Shown here in pieces: positions 39,055-48,616 of a DNA stretch of 64,000 bases. The notes under the pieces were generated by a model. It was not told the DNA's origin. It did not search any database and saw only the letters and a list, made by a program, of their open reading frames with translations. This DNA comes from a virus (Duplodnaviria > Caudoviricetes), in IMG/VR virus record IMGVR_UViG_3300020469_000008, positions 1-64,000 of that record, one strand, 5' to 3'. The position numbers and the translations under genes are program-made. Within the stretch, counting starts at the first letter, position 1, and each line of letters begins with the position of its first letter.

Positions 39055-41022
39055 ATGGCAAATAATGACAGAAATTTATTTAAGCGCTTAACAAGGCTTT
39101 TTAGAAGTGGGCCAGTTGTCAAGCGTAATGTTTTAAGAAATGCAGACAAAAACTACACATCAACAGCGTTTGACCAGTTTAGAAAAAATCAGTCGCAAGT
39201 GTATAGTAATGCAATGTCTGCATATGGTACGTATGACAGAATGGCACGTTACTCTGATTTTTCAGAAATGGAATACACACCTGAGATTGCTAGTGCACTG
39301 GACATATACTCAGAAGAAGCAGTTTCTGCAGATGAAGCGGGTAAAACCTTACACATTTATTCAGATAATACAAAGATTAGACAAATACTTACTGAGCTAT
39401 TTTATGATACACTTAATGTTGAATTTAATATGTCTTCATGGGTGAGAAATCTAGTAAAATACGGTGATTGCTTTCTGTTTAATGATGTTCATCCTAAACA
39501 CGGTGTAATTAATTGCATGCCTTTGCCTATATCAGAAGTAGAAAGAGAAGAAGGTTTTGATCCTAACGATCCTATGGCAGTTCGTTTTAGATGGGTAACA
39601 CAGGGTAATCAGGTATTAGAAAACTGGCAAGTATCACATATGAGGCTTTTAGGAAACGATGCATTTTTACCTTACGGTTCTTCTATTTTGGAACCAGCAA
39701 GAAGAATATGGCGCCAGATGATTTTATTAGAAGACGCAATGATGGTGCACAGAATTGTTAGAGCACCTGATCGCCGTGTTTTTTACATTGATGTTGGTAA
39801 TGTACCTCCCGAAGAGGTTGCAAATTATATGGAACAAGCACAGTCATCGCTTAAACGTACTTCTATTGTTGACAAGAACAACGGTCGGGTTGATTTACGA
39901 TATAACCCACTTTCTGTTGATGAGGACTATTTTATTCCTGTTCGAGGTGGAGAAAGTGGGACAAAAATTGATGTTGTGGGTGGCCAGACAATTCAAGGTG
40001 AAACACAAGACGTAGAATATATTCAAAAGAAATTATTTGCTGCTCTTAAAATACCGAAAGCTTACTTGGGTTATGACGAGGGTTTAGGCGCCAAAGCAAC
40101 ACTATCACAAGAAGATATACGATTTAGTAGAACAATTGCCAGAATTCAAAGAACAATCTTATCAGAGATGAACAAGCTTGCAATTGTTCATCTATATTGT
40201 AACGGATTTAGCGATGAAGATCTACTAGACTTTAAATTAATGTTGTCAAATCCGTCGACAATTGCACAACAACAAAAATTAGAACTGTATAAGTCTAGAT
40301 TTGATGCTGCTGGTGCTGCCTTAGGTGTTTCTGGTGTTGTTGATAGAATTTGGGTGCAAAAAAACATACTAAGGTTTACAGACGAAGAAATCAAAGCAAT
40401 TCAAAGCGGTCTTCGTCAGGACAAAGTCTCTGACTTAGAAATTGAAGCCACACAGATAACAGCTCCTGAAGGGCCGGAAAATCCAGCAGCTGGTGCACCT
40501 CAATTTGACGGAGGAAACGTTGAACTTGGTGGTGGTGGTATTGATTTAGGTGCACTTTCTGAACAGCAGTCAATAGAGGATGATGAATTTCCAATTCGTG
40601 TTCAAAAATTAATTGAGCTCAATGTTGGTGCTTTAGAAGAAGAAGAAGATGATGATGACGATTTAAACAAAAGTAGCACTGATAATTCAAGCTCTTTAAG
40701 GACAGGTGTTAATCCGTCCTTAAAGACTAGACGCAGAGATGATCCTGTTGACGCCGGAATGAGCAAGTTAAATTATGATCTAAAAGCATCGATTAAAGCA
40801 CCAAAGGCACCTTCTGCTAAAGATTTGCTTGAGTCAGATGATGATTTTAATATTGAAGATTATCTAGACGAACAAATAGTTGTTAATGCAACAATGAATA
40901 ACACATTAAAGTCGACATTACAGCGTTTTGATAATACTTATGGTACGCAACAACGCAACGTTAAGAATTCCATTATAATTTCTGAGAACAATTCTTCAGG
41001 AGAGGACACAGATGAAACATAA
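39055..41022 (+). CDS. Portal protein, T4 gp20-like, with long acidic C-terminal extension
   Basis: MEYTPEIASALDIY, LLEDAMMVHRIVRAPDRRVFYIDVGN, EDYFIPVRG, DVEYIQKKLFAALKIP; position after terL. Confidence 0.92.
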   Translation: MANNDRNLFKRLTRLFRSGPVVKRNVLRNADKNYTSTAFDQFRKNQSQVYSNAMSAYGTYDRMARYSDFSEMEYTPEIASALDIYSEEAVSADEAGKTLHIYSDNTKIRQILTELFYDTLNVEFNMSSWVRNLVKYGDCFLFNDVHPKHGVINCMPLPISEVEREEGFDPNDPMAVRFRWVTQGNQVLENWQVSHMRLLGNDAFLPYGSSILEPARRIWRQMILLEDAMMVHRIVRAPDRRVFYIDVGNVPPEEVANYMEQAQSSLKRTSIVDKNNGRVDLRYNPLSVDEDYFIPVRGGESGTKIDVVGGQTIQGETQDVEYIQKKLFAALKIPKAYLGYDEGLGAKATLSQEDIRFSRTIARIQRTILSEMNKLAIVHLYCNGFSDEDLLDFKLMLSNPSTIAQQQKLELYKSRFDAAGAALGVSGVVDRIWVQKNILRFTDEEIKAIQSGLRQDKVSDLEIEATQITAPEGPENPAAGAPQFDGGNVELGGGGIDLGALSEQQSIEDDEFPIRVQKLIELNVGALEEEEDDDDDLNKSSTDNSSSLRTGVNPSLKTRRRDDPVDAGMSKLNYDLKASIKAPKAPSAKDLLESDDDFNIEDYLDEQIVVNATMNNTLKSTLQRFDNTYGTQQRNVKNSIIISENNSSGEDTDET

Positions 41023-41851
41023 TAAAAAAAGAAACGTAGGTATTATATACGAGCTTTTATTAAATCATATTAGTACAAAGCTTCTGGAAGGGAAGAAAAG
41101 AGAAGCAAAAACTGCAACTAAATTAATTGAAAAGCACTTTAAAAAAGGCACAGAGCTTTACAAAGAATTTAGGCTTTTTAACGCGCTTGCGAAATCAGAT
41201 ATAACACAAACACATGTTGTTGCATCAATATTAAATGAGGCAAAAATTGCTAGCAGAAATCTTAACGAAAGACAGTTAGAACGTGAAAAATCATCGCTAC
41301 TTAAAGACATAAACTATAAAATTAATGAGAAAGATTTCTATTATAGAAGTATTGACAATTATCGCGATCTAGGTTTAGTTCAACTGACACTCAATGAGTG
41401 GCGCAAAGATGATAGAGATATTAAGCGTCTAGTCGACTTCGAAACACGATTGGGTGCATTAATGTTAAAAGAGAAGAATAAAGTAAATGAGCAAAAGTAT
41501 GATGCGTCTCACAGTGACAGATTGGTTTTAAAGATCATGACTGAAAAATTTAATAAACGTTACGGTGAAGAACTAACCAGAGATCAACAAAAAATTATTG
41601 AAGGTTATGTTTTCTTATCTGATAAGGAACCTGACAATTTAAAAAAGTTTTTTGAAACCAAAAAAGAAGAAGCTTTGAACAGTTTAGAAAACTTTGAAGA
41701 TATATCTGATAATCGTTACTTGTTATCAAAATTGGACGAAGTTCGAAAGAAAATTAATAATTTACCCTCTAATGACATTAACGATGCAAATGTTGTTAAG
41801 TTTTTGACTCTTACAAAGATGATAAATGAAATTAAAAAGGAGATATCATAA
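41012..41851 (+). CDS. Helical head-module protein, function unknown
   Basis: 279 aa (MKHNKKRNVGIIYELL...) between portal and protease; GGAG SD. Confidence 0.65.
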   Translation: MKHNKKRNVGIIYELLLNHISTKLLEGKKREAKTATKLIEKHFKKGTELYKEFRLFNALAKSDITQTHVVASILNEAKIASRNLNERQLEREKSSLLKDINYKINEKDFYYRSIDNYRDLGLVQLTLNEWRKDDRDIKRLVDFETRLGALMLKEKNKVNEQKYDASHSDRLVLKIMTEKFNKRYGEELTRDQQKIIEGYVFLSDKEPDNLKKFFETKKEEALNSLENFEDISDNRYLLSKLDEVRKKINNLPSNDINDANVVKFLTLTKMINEIKKEIS

Positions 41852-41852
41852 T

Positions 41853-42455
41853 ATGTCTGCAGAATTAAATGTTTTAAGAGAATGGACACCTATTTCTTGT
41901 TCAAAGGAAATGTTAAAGGAATCCCGCGAGCAATATGGAAAAATAATGTTGACGGGAATCATCCAAAAAGCAAACACCTTAAATCAAAATGGGCGAGTAT
42001 ATCCTAAGCCGATTCTAGAAAGAGAAATAATGAATTACCAAAAGATGATTCGTGAAAATAGAGCGCTGGGAGAATGCGATCATCCTGATTCGTCTGTAGT
42101 TGAATTAAAAAATGTATCACATATTGTGAGAGAAGCTTACATGCAAGGTGATGATGTCTATGGTAAGATAGAGATACTAGACACTCCTAGCGGTAAAATT
42201 ATACAGTCTTTAATTGAAAGTGGCATTACGCTTGGTATTTCATCACGTGGCGTAGGCTCAACTGTATCACAGGGTGGTAATCAGGTTGTACAAGACGATT
42301 TCCAGTTAATTTGTTTTGATATGGTGTCTGAACCGTCAACTCCCGGTGCATTTATGCTAAAGGAGCACAAAGTTTTAAGAAAAGATTTAGATAAAATTTT
42401 TAACCAAACAGATAAAATCGATAGAATGTTTAATGAGATTCTGAGGTGGGAATGA
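41853..42455 (+). CDS. Prohead maturation protease, T4 gp21-like
   Basis: NQNGRVYP, ALGECDHP, NVSH, GISSRGVGS, FDMVSEPS motifs; AAGGAG SD gives start at 41853. Confidence 0.93.
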   Translation: MSAELNVLREWTPISCSKEMLKESREQYGKIMLTGIIQKANTLNQNGRVYPKPILEREIMNYQKMIRENRALGECDHPDSSVVELKNVSHIVREAYMQGDDVYGKIEILDTPSGKIIQSLIESGITLGISSRGVGSTVSQGGNQVVQDDFQLICFDMVSEPSTPGAFMLKEHKVLRKDLDKIFNQTDKIDRMFNEILRWE

Positions 42456-42982
42456 ATAGTAAAAGCAAGACAGCACTCAAAAATATTGTTAAAGAATGTT
42501 TAATTGAAATATTGGCAGAAGGTTTGGTAGGTAATAACAAAGCTACACTTAGAGAAGCGAGAGAGCTTCGTGGGACCATACAAGAGTCATATGAGAAAAA
42601 CGCGAGTCGAAGAATTGTTGAAACAAAATTCCAACAACCAACCCAAGTTACAAAATCGCGACAGACTGCACAACGAAGACCGTCATACTTAGATAGTATT
42701 AAGATGGGTGTTGATTCAGCTTCAGAAAGACAATCAAGCATGATTAAAAATACAGTTAAAAATTTAACCAATGATCCAGTTATGAGTGATATATTAGCTG
42801 ATACTGCTATGACAACCCTACAAGAACAGAAAGAGGGGTCTAGACCATCTGGTCCAAGCGTAATGGCAGGGGGAGATCAAGCAGCAAAAATTGTTGATCA
42901 ATCGTCACCTGACGAGTTGTTCGGGGGTCAAGCTAGTAAATGGGCTGATTTGGCATTTTCACCATCAATTAGAAAGGGATAA
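42452..42982 (+). CDS. Head-module protein, function unknown
   Basis: ATGA overlap with protease stop; starts MNSKSKTALKNIVKECLIEILAEG, with several hydrophobic-x-E sites. Confidence 0.6.
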   Translation: MNSKSKTALKNIVKECLIEILAEGLVGNNKATLREARELRGTIQESYEKNASRRIVETKFQQPTQVTKSRQTAQRRPSYLDSIKMGVDSASERQSSMIKNTVKNLTNDPVMSDILADTAMTTLQEQKEGSRPSGPSVMAGGDQAAKIVDQSSPDELFGGQASKWADLAFSPSIRKG

Positions 42983-43026
42983 ATTTCTTTTTAGTCGATA
43001 GTTATTGATGACCCCGGAGGTAGATT

Positions 43027-43239
43027 ATGCGTCGTATTATTAAGTTAACACCTGCAGCCATTCAAAGAATAATTGTAGAAGAAAAAGAAAAATTACAAGT
43101 TGAAAATAAGCAAAAGCTTTTAGAACAACTTAGACTACTTAAAAAGATTAAAAATAGACAAATTAATTCACTTAGTGAAGCCAAGCAGCTTCATAACATG
43201 AAGAAAAAATTAATTAAGTCGATTAAAGGTGAAAAGTAA
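43027..43239 (+). CDS. Small coiled-coil head-module protein with leader-like N-terminus
   Basis: GGAGG SD; MRRIIKLTPAAIQRIIVEEKE; TAATG-coupled to next gene. Confidence 0.6.
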   Translation: MRRIIKLTPAAIQRIIVEEKEKLQVENKQKLLEQLRLLKKIKNRQINSLSEAKQLHNMKKKLIKSIKGEK

Positions 43240-43736
43240 TGCCTGAACAAAGACAAACTATTGTAGAACCTTCAGCCGCGCCAACTAAAAGTAAAGGTGC
43301 AAGAAAAGATCTTAATGTTAGGTCTTCGTTCCCTAACTCACCAATTCACTCCGGTGAGCTCACTGACCAAGAAAGAAGAAAGCTTTTTCAAGAATTAGCC
43401 CTTGATGGTACTGTTACGGGCGGTCACGGAGTTAACTCATACAACAGAGACTTTAAAGATGCACCAGACTTAACACAGGTTGAAACAGGTGGCGGTGGTT
43501 TACCTGCATCACCTTTTGTTCCTAATCTTACATCTCCCGGTCCAGGTAGTGTTAACGCAGCAGATATGCCTGAATATAGTGGAGAATTACCGGATCCGGA
43601 GTTTAATGTTGAGTTTGGTAGCGGCCAAGGTGGTTTAGTTTCCCCATCAAAAACTTCTGCTGAACTAGCTAAACAAGGTACACTAGGTACTTATATTTCC
43701 GGTCGATCATATCAAGGTTCTGATGGGAAAGCGTAG
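43239..43736 (+). CDS. Pro/Gly-rich head-module protein, function unknown
   Basis: 165 aa ORF, coupled start. Confidence 0.6.
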   Translation: MPEQRQTIVEPSAAPTKSKGARKDLNVRSSFPNSPIHSGELTDQERRKLFQELALDGTVTGGHGVNSYNRDFKDAPDLTQVETGGGGLPASPFVPNLTSPGPGSVNAADMPEYSGELPDPEFNVEFGSGQGGLVSPSKTSAELAKQGTLGTYISGRSYQGSDGKA

Positions 43737-44337
43737 TAATCTATACGAAATTTATTTCGGACCAATATCAAGAAAAGGTCATGGTTACGGTGTAGATGGA
43801 AATGCATCAAAAATATCACTTGGAAGCGAGTATCCTCTTGGAGGTAATTTTGGTATTTACGATGAACCTGATGTTTACGATGTCGAAGATGAAGAAGATA
43901 TTGATAACGCAGATATAATTTCCAAAGTAGACGGTCAAAAACCGTATGTTGACATTGGGCACAAAGGTAACAGGATGAGTAATTTTACCGGTGCATACAC
44001 AAATCTTGCAGAAGAAAAGCATACAACGACTGCTGTACAAGGTATATCACCAAATATGACATATCGCACTTCAAAAGGTGGGAAGGCTACAAAGACAGCA
44101 GGAAATCCAACATCGTATCCTAAAATATATCAACGGCCGAGAGTAGACATGACAGCCACACAATATGGTACGTCAAGGGCGCCGTTGCCCCGACACAATC
44201 AAATGGATGATAACCCAATATTTTCATTAGATGATTTATTAGATAAGCACGAAATGTCACTAGTCAAACACACTAATAACGTTAATAGAATAAGAAATAC
44301 AATAAATGAGATAAATGATAATTTTTATGATATTTAA
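43723..44337 (+). CDS. Head-module protein, function unknown
   Basis: 204 aa ORF overlapping the previous gene by 14 nt. Confidence 0.55.
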   Translation: MGKRSNLYEIYFGPISRKGHGYGVDGNASKISLGSEYPLGGNFGIYDEPDVYDVEDEEDIDNADIISKVDGQKPYVDIGHKGNRMSNFTGAYTNLAEEKHTTTAVQGISPNMTYRTSKGGKATKTAGNPTSYPKIYQRPRVDMTATQYGTSRAPLPRHNQMDDNPIFSLDDLLDKHEMSLVKHTNNVNRIRNTINEINDNFYDI

Positions 44338-44379
44338 TAATCAGCTAAATAATTAAATGTAGAGCAAGAGGTTTATAAA

Positions 44380-45852
44380 ATGAGTAAACTATTCGAAGAA
44401 GCAATAGCAGATGCAAAAAAACTCAAAGAGGTTGCAGAAGAAAACGCAAAAAAAGCGATTCTAGAATCTGTAACACCTCAAATTAGAGAGTTTATCGAAG
44501 AACAATTATTAGAAGAAAACAAAGAGGAAACATACTCGTTAAAAGATGAGAATAAAGACGAAATGTTTGATACTCTTGAAGAAGAAGTTTATCTTGACGA
44601 GAGCGCTTTGGCGTCCTTAGTTGAGCTAATTGGTGAAGATAATTTAGATTCCCTAAATGAGTCTAAGTCACAAGAAGCACTTTTTAGTGCTGTAAAAGGT
44701 GCAGTTGCCACAATGGACGACGACCAACGTGAACAACTGTTAAATTTATCGCACAAATTAAATGAAAGTGCTAATCATTTATCTAAGACAGAAAAAGGAG
44801 AAAACATGTCTAAGAAATATTATGAAGTTGACCTTAGAGCACTGAGGGAAGCATTAGAAGAAGACGCATATGATCAAACTGATGAGACTATGCATGAAGA
44901 AGAAACTGATATGGCAGAAAAGGCAGATGATGAGTTAAAAGAACTTTACGAAGAATTTTCTGCTTTACTAGAACAAGACGAAGAACCAGAAGCTGATGTA
45001 GAAACCCCAGAAGCGGGTGCAGCAGCAGAAGGCGGAGAAGACATGATTGCAAAAGACGAAGTTGAAGATGCAATTCGTGCTCTTTTAGATGATTTAGCAT
45101 TAGATCTTGAAGACGAAGGCGCAGGAGCAGAAGGTGGAGCTGCTGAGGCTCCAGCCGGCGATGAGGCACCTGAATTTGATTTAGCTGCTGCTATGGGCGG
45201 TGGTGATGATGAAGAAACTTTAAACGAAGTATTTGAAGTTGATCCTCGTGTTTTACGTCAAGAATTAGGAAGAATTAGAAGAATGGTTGCTGAAGGTAAA
45301 GTTGATCACCACTTCGGTGGTAAAGGTGGCGGAAACGCTGGAGTCGACGGATCTTACGGTGGTAAAGGAAAACAAAACGCTGGCGTTAACGGCGCATTTG
45401 GTGGTGGTAAGGAAGGACAAGATGCTTTCACAAACCCACCCCAGATAAACAAACTTAACGAGGCAATTCGCCAACTGAGACGTCAAAATCGATCTCAGAA
45501 CGAGAAACTGAACAAATACAGAGGAGCTGTTAATTCTCTTCGTGAACAGTTGGAAGATCTCAATTTATTCAATGCAAAGCTTTTGTATGTTAACAAATTG
45601 TTGCAAAACAAAGGCCTGAATGAGAGTCAGAAGAAGTCTGTTATTAAGGCTTTGGATGAAGCACAATCTTTGACTGAAGCAAAATCTTTGTATAAGTCAC
45701 TAACTGAAACGTTTAGTCGTGGCGGTGAAAGAAAAACAATCTCAGAATCTCGTGTTCTTGGAAGTTCTTCTCGACCAACCACTTCTTCTCAGTCAAGCGC
45801 AACATCTAATAACGGTGAGTTAAGTAGATGGCAACGTTTGGCCGGTTTATAA
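44380..45852 (+). CDS. Prohead core/scaffolding protein
   Basis: Very acidic, helical/coiled-coil, directly upstream of MCP, many L/I-x-E sites (ILES, LLEE, LNES, LNEV, LNEA, LTEA, ISES); C-terminus RWQRLAGL. Confidence 0.8.
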   Translation: MSKLFEEAIADAKKLKEVAEENAKKAILESVTPQIREFIEEQLLEENKEETYSLKDENKDEMFDTLEEEVYLDESALASLVELIGEDNLDSLNESKSQEALFSAVKGAVATMDDDQREQLLNLSHKLNESANHLSKTEKGENMSKKYYEVDLRALREALEEDAYDQTDETMHEEETDMAEKADDELKELYEEFSALLEQDEEPEADVETPEAGAAAEGGEDMIAKDEVEDAIRALLDDLALDLEDEGAGAEGGAAEAPAGDEAPEFDLAAAMGGGDDEETLNEVFEVDPRVLRQELGRIRRMVAEGKVDHHFGGKGGGNAGVDGSYGGKGKQNAGVNGAFGGGKEGQDAFTNPPQINKLNEAIRQLRRQNRSQNEKLNKYRGAVNSLREQLEDLNLFNAKLLYVNKLLQNKGLNESQKKSVIKALDEAQSLTEAKSLYKSLTETFSRGGERKTISESRVLGSSSRPTTSSQSSATSNNGELSRWQRLAGL

Positions 45853-45894
45853 AAATAAATAAGAACTCAAACTATTCAAAAAAGGAGAATTAAC

Positions 45895-47847
45895 ATGAGT
45901 AAGTCATTTACTTTGAATCAGTTGACTGAAGGTATCCGTGATCGTCACGTAGGCCAAGAAGCAACAAGAATTCAAGAAAAGTGGACCAGAACTGGTCTTC
46001 TTCGTGGTCTACAAAACCACGCTCGCGAAAACATGTCACGTTTACTTGAGAACCAAGCAGCTCAAGTACTTCGTGAAGCAAACACCTTAGGTGGCACATC
46101 TGGTGACGCTGGTCGTGTTGATGGATTTTCAAACATCGCATTCCCAATCGTTCGTCGTGTATTTGGTGGATTAGTTGCAAATGAATTGGTATCTATTCAG
46201 CCTATGTCTCTTCCAAGTGGACTCTTGTTCTACTTAGATTATACATACGGTTCTGATGTAGGTGGTGATGCAACTGCTTCAGGAAATGCATTGACAGCAA
46301 CTGGTGGATCAACTTATAATCAAGGTGATTCTATTTACAACAACCCAGGTGGAGCCGGTGTTCGTACTGGTTCTGACGCAACTGGTGGTCAATACGATCT
46401 AGTTGGTTCTGGTTACTCTAAAGTGCACGGTAATGTTGCATTTAGCGCAACTGGTAATGCTCTTAACGGTGCAATGGGTGGAGCTGCAAATCAATCTTTT
46501 ACAATTGCAGCAAATCTAACTACAAGTGGTGCTGATGGTAAACTACTTCATTTTGATCCACAACTTTCACGTGAAATCAGTGAAGGTACTAACAACTATC
46601 AAGTTCTTTTCCTCTCTGCTTCTCTCTTGCGCGAAGCTTCTGGAAGACAAAGAAGAGTTGATCCTACTTTGATTAAAGAAGTTGCTCTTTATTCTGAAAA
46701 CGGTACTAATGGACGAGGTCCCGGTAATTTAGTATCAGGACTGACTGTTCCTGGTAGTAACATTCAAGGTGGTAGCAACATTTGGAACGTTAGACGTCTT
46801 AATGAGCTAGGTACTTTGACACACAGTGCTGCTGGTACAACTTTCACTCCTGATCCTTTCGCATCAGTAAGTGCAACAGGAACTGTACTTAAGACAATCG
46901 TACAAGGTGCAGCTACTTCGATGGCAGCTGTCGATACAGGATTAAACTTGTCTGCTTCATTCCCAGTAGCTGATCAATTGTCTGAATCTGGAGACGCTGA
47001 TACTGGTTCTGTTGTGGTAATTCCATCATTCGAATCAAACTTTGCTTCTGAACCTACACCAGTAATTCCAGAAATTGATATCAAAATTGAGTCAATTGCT
47101 GTTACAGCTACAACTCGTAAGTTAAGAGCTCGTTGGTCACCAGAACTCGCACAAGATCTTAATGCTTATCACTCAATGGATGCTGAAGTTGAATTGACTC
47201 AAATCCTTTCTGAGCAAATCGCATTAGAAATTGATCGTGAAATTCTTAATGACCTTCTTGTTGAAGCGAAAGGTGCTAACTTCTTCTGGTCACGTGCTCC
47301 TGGTAAGTTCGTTAACAAGAGAAGTGGTGTTGCTGAAAACTTGGCGTCATCTCTTTCAACTGGACCACAATTTACTGGTACAGTTCGTGAGTGGTACGAA
47401 ACATTGGTTGAAACTATCATTGACGTTGCTAACGAAATCCATAGAAAGACTCTTCGTGGTTCTGCGAACTTTATCGTAGTTTCACCTGAAGTTGCTACTA
47501 TCTTCGAAGCTTCTGTATTGTACAAGCCAAGTGTTAAGATCGATGGTCAAGGTCAAGTTGCCTTAGGTAGCATTGGTGCTGAAGCTATTGGTTCTCTTTC
47601 TAACAGATTTACTGTTTACAAAGATCCTTACTTCCCACGCAACAAGATTCTTGTAGGATACAAAGGTGGTTCATATCTTGAGTCTGGATACGTCTATGCT
47701 CCATATGTACCGTTGATTGTAACTCCAACAATCTTCGCACCAGAAGACTTCACACCAAGAAAAGGTGTAATGACTCGTTACGGTAAGAAAATGGTTCGCG
47801 CCGACTTCTACGGAACAGTTACTTGCTTGGATATGGATATTATCTAA
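45895..47847 (+). CDS. Major capsid protein, T4 gp23-like (HK97 fold) with large insertion
   Basis: FPIVRRVF, VSIQPM, TRKLRARWSPELAQDLNAYH, EIDREIL, YAPYVPL, PRKGVMTRYG; AAGGAG SD. Confidence 0.95.
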   Translation: MSKSFTLNQLTEGIRDRHVGQEATRIQEKWTRTGLLRGLQNHARENMSRLLENQAAQVLREANTLGGTSGDAGRVDGFSNIAFPIVRRVFGGLVANELVSIQPMSLPSGLLFYLDYTYGSDVGGDATASGNALTATGGSTYNQGDSIYNNPGGAGVRTGSDATGGQYDLVGSGYSKVHGNVAFSATGNALNGAMGGAANQSFTIAANLTTSGADGKLLHFDPQLSREISEGTNNYQVLFLSASLLREASGRQRRVDPTLIKEVALYSENGTNGRGPGNLVSGLTVPGSNIQGGSNIWNVRRLNELGTLTHSAAGTTFTPDPFASVSATGTVLKTIVQGAATSMAAVDTGLNLSASFPVADQLSESGDADTGSVVVIPSFESNFASEPTPVIPEIDIKIESIAVTATTRKLRARWSPELAQDLNAYHSMDAEVELTQILSEQIALEIDREILNDLLVEAKGANFFWSRAPGKFVNKRSGVAENLASSLSTGPQFTGTVREWYETLVETIIDVANEIHRKTLRGSANFIVVSPEVATIFEASVLYKPSVKIDGQGQVALGSIGAEAIGSLSNRFTVYKDPYFPRNKILVGYKGGSYLESGYVYAPYVPLIVTPTIFAPEDFTPRKGVMTRYGKKMVRADFYGTVTCLDMDII

Positions 47848-47876
47848 TCCAAACACCTTCTGGTGAATTTAACAAG

Positions 47877-47906
47877 AGGCGTCTCCTTCGGGAGGCGTCT
47901 TTTTTT
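47877..47906 (+). terminator. Rho-independent terminator after major capsid gene
   Basis: AGGCGTCTCC-TTCG-GGAGGCGTCT stem (two G-U pairs) with cUUCGg loop, followed by T-run. Confidence 0.9.
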
Positions 47907-47952
47907 ATGTAAACAGCAAAACTATAAGATATTTATAAAAGTACAAGAGGTA

Positions 47953-48270
47953 ATGATGAAAACCACAAGAAAGCAGCTACAAAAACTAATATTAGAGGCA
48001 ATGACAGGTATAGCATCGATGCCGTCAGCAGAAGGTGTTGATCAAATAGAAGAAAACCCAATTGTCAAAGATATTAATATTGAAATGATTGAGCAAATTT
48101 TAAATGAAGGCATGATAGCAATAGGTAATCAAGGTAATGACTACTATGCTGATACAAAAGCAATGATTGATAATGACAATACTATAATTCTTACTGCAGG
48201 ACCTCTAGATACACCATTTGCTGAAATAATAGTAAATTTTAAAGATTTAAGTCACATCACAAAAACTTAA
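47953..48270 (+). CDS. Putative internal head (cargo) protein with shared leader
   Basis: AGAGG SD gives start at 47953 or 47956: MKTTRKQLQKLILEAM. Confidence 0.65.
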   Translation: MMKTTRKQLQKLILEAMTGIASMPSAEGVDQIEENPIVKDINIEMIEQILNEGMIAIGNQGNDYYADTKAMIDNDNTIILTAGPLDTPFAEIIVNFKDLSHITKT

Positions 48271-48354
48271 AATTATTTTACATTACTTCTTGTTGGTATA
48301 GTGTATTACGTGCATATCGCACAATTCACACATTACATACACACAGGAGGGAAT

Positions 48355-48567
48355 ATGAGTGGAAATCCTTACAGCCTGCGAGCAGGTTTATTGTCACAAG
48401 CAGAAAGTATCTTATCACATAGATATCATTCAGAATACGAAAGAATTAGATGGTTATGTGACAGAAACTTAATCGATCCAAAGACAGTAACGTGGCCAGA
48501 ACCACCAAAGTCTGATGACATTATTGCTGAAGCAGAAAAATTGTATAAGTTTGTACAAACAAAGTAA
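48355..48567 (+). CDS. Small hypothetical protein of a type seen in T4-like phages
   Basis: AGGAGG SD; pattern NPYxLR...AESIL...P...DDIIAEAEKLYKFV recalled from T4-like phage hypotheticals (not verified). Confidence 0.6.
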   Translation: MSGNPYSLRAGLLSQAESILSHRYHSEYERIRWLCDRNLIDPKTVTWPEPPKSDDIIAEAEKLYKFVQTK

Positions 48568-48616
48568 GAAAAATCATTTCTATCTAAATAATTAGTAATG
48601 ATATAATGGAGTTATT

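Noticed and set aside
45849-45862. Canonical T4 late promoter TATAAATA before the capsid gene
   Set aside because: Only partial TAAATA matches in A-rich DNA; no exact copy at this or other late-gene starts examined.
37421-47847. Inteins or introns in terminase, portal or capsid genes
   Set aside because: Reading frames are continuous, with no intein splice motifs or homing endonuclease signatures.
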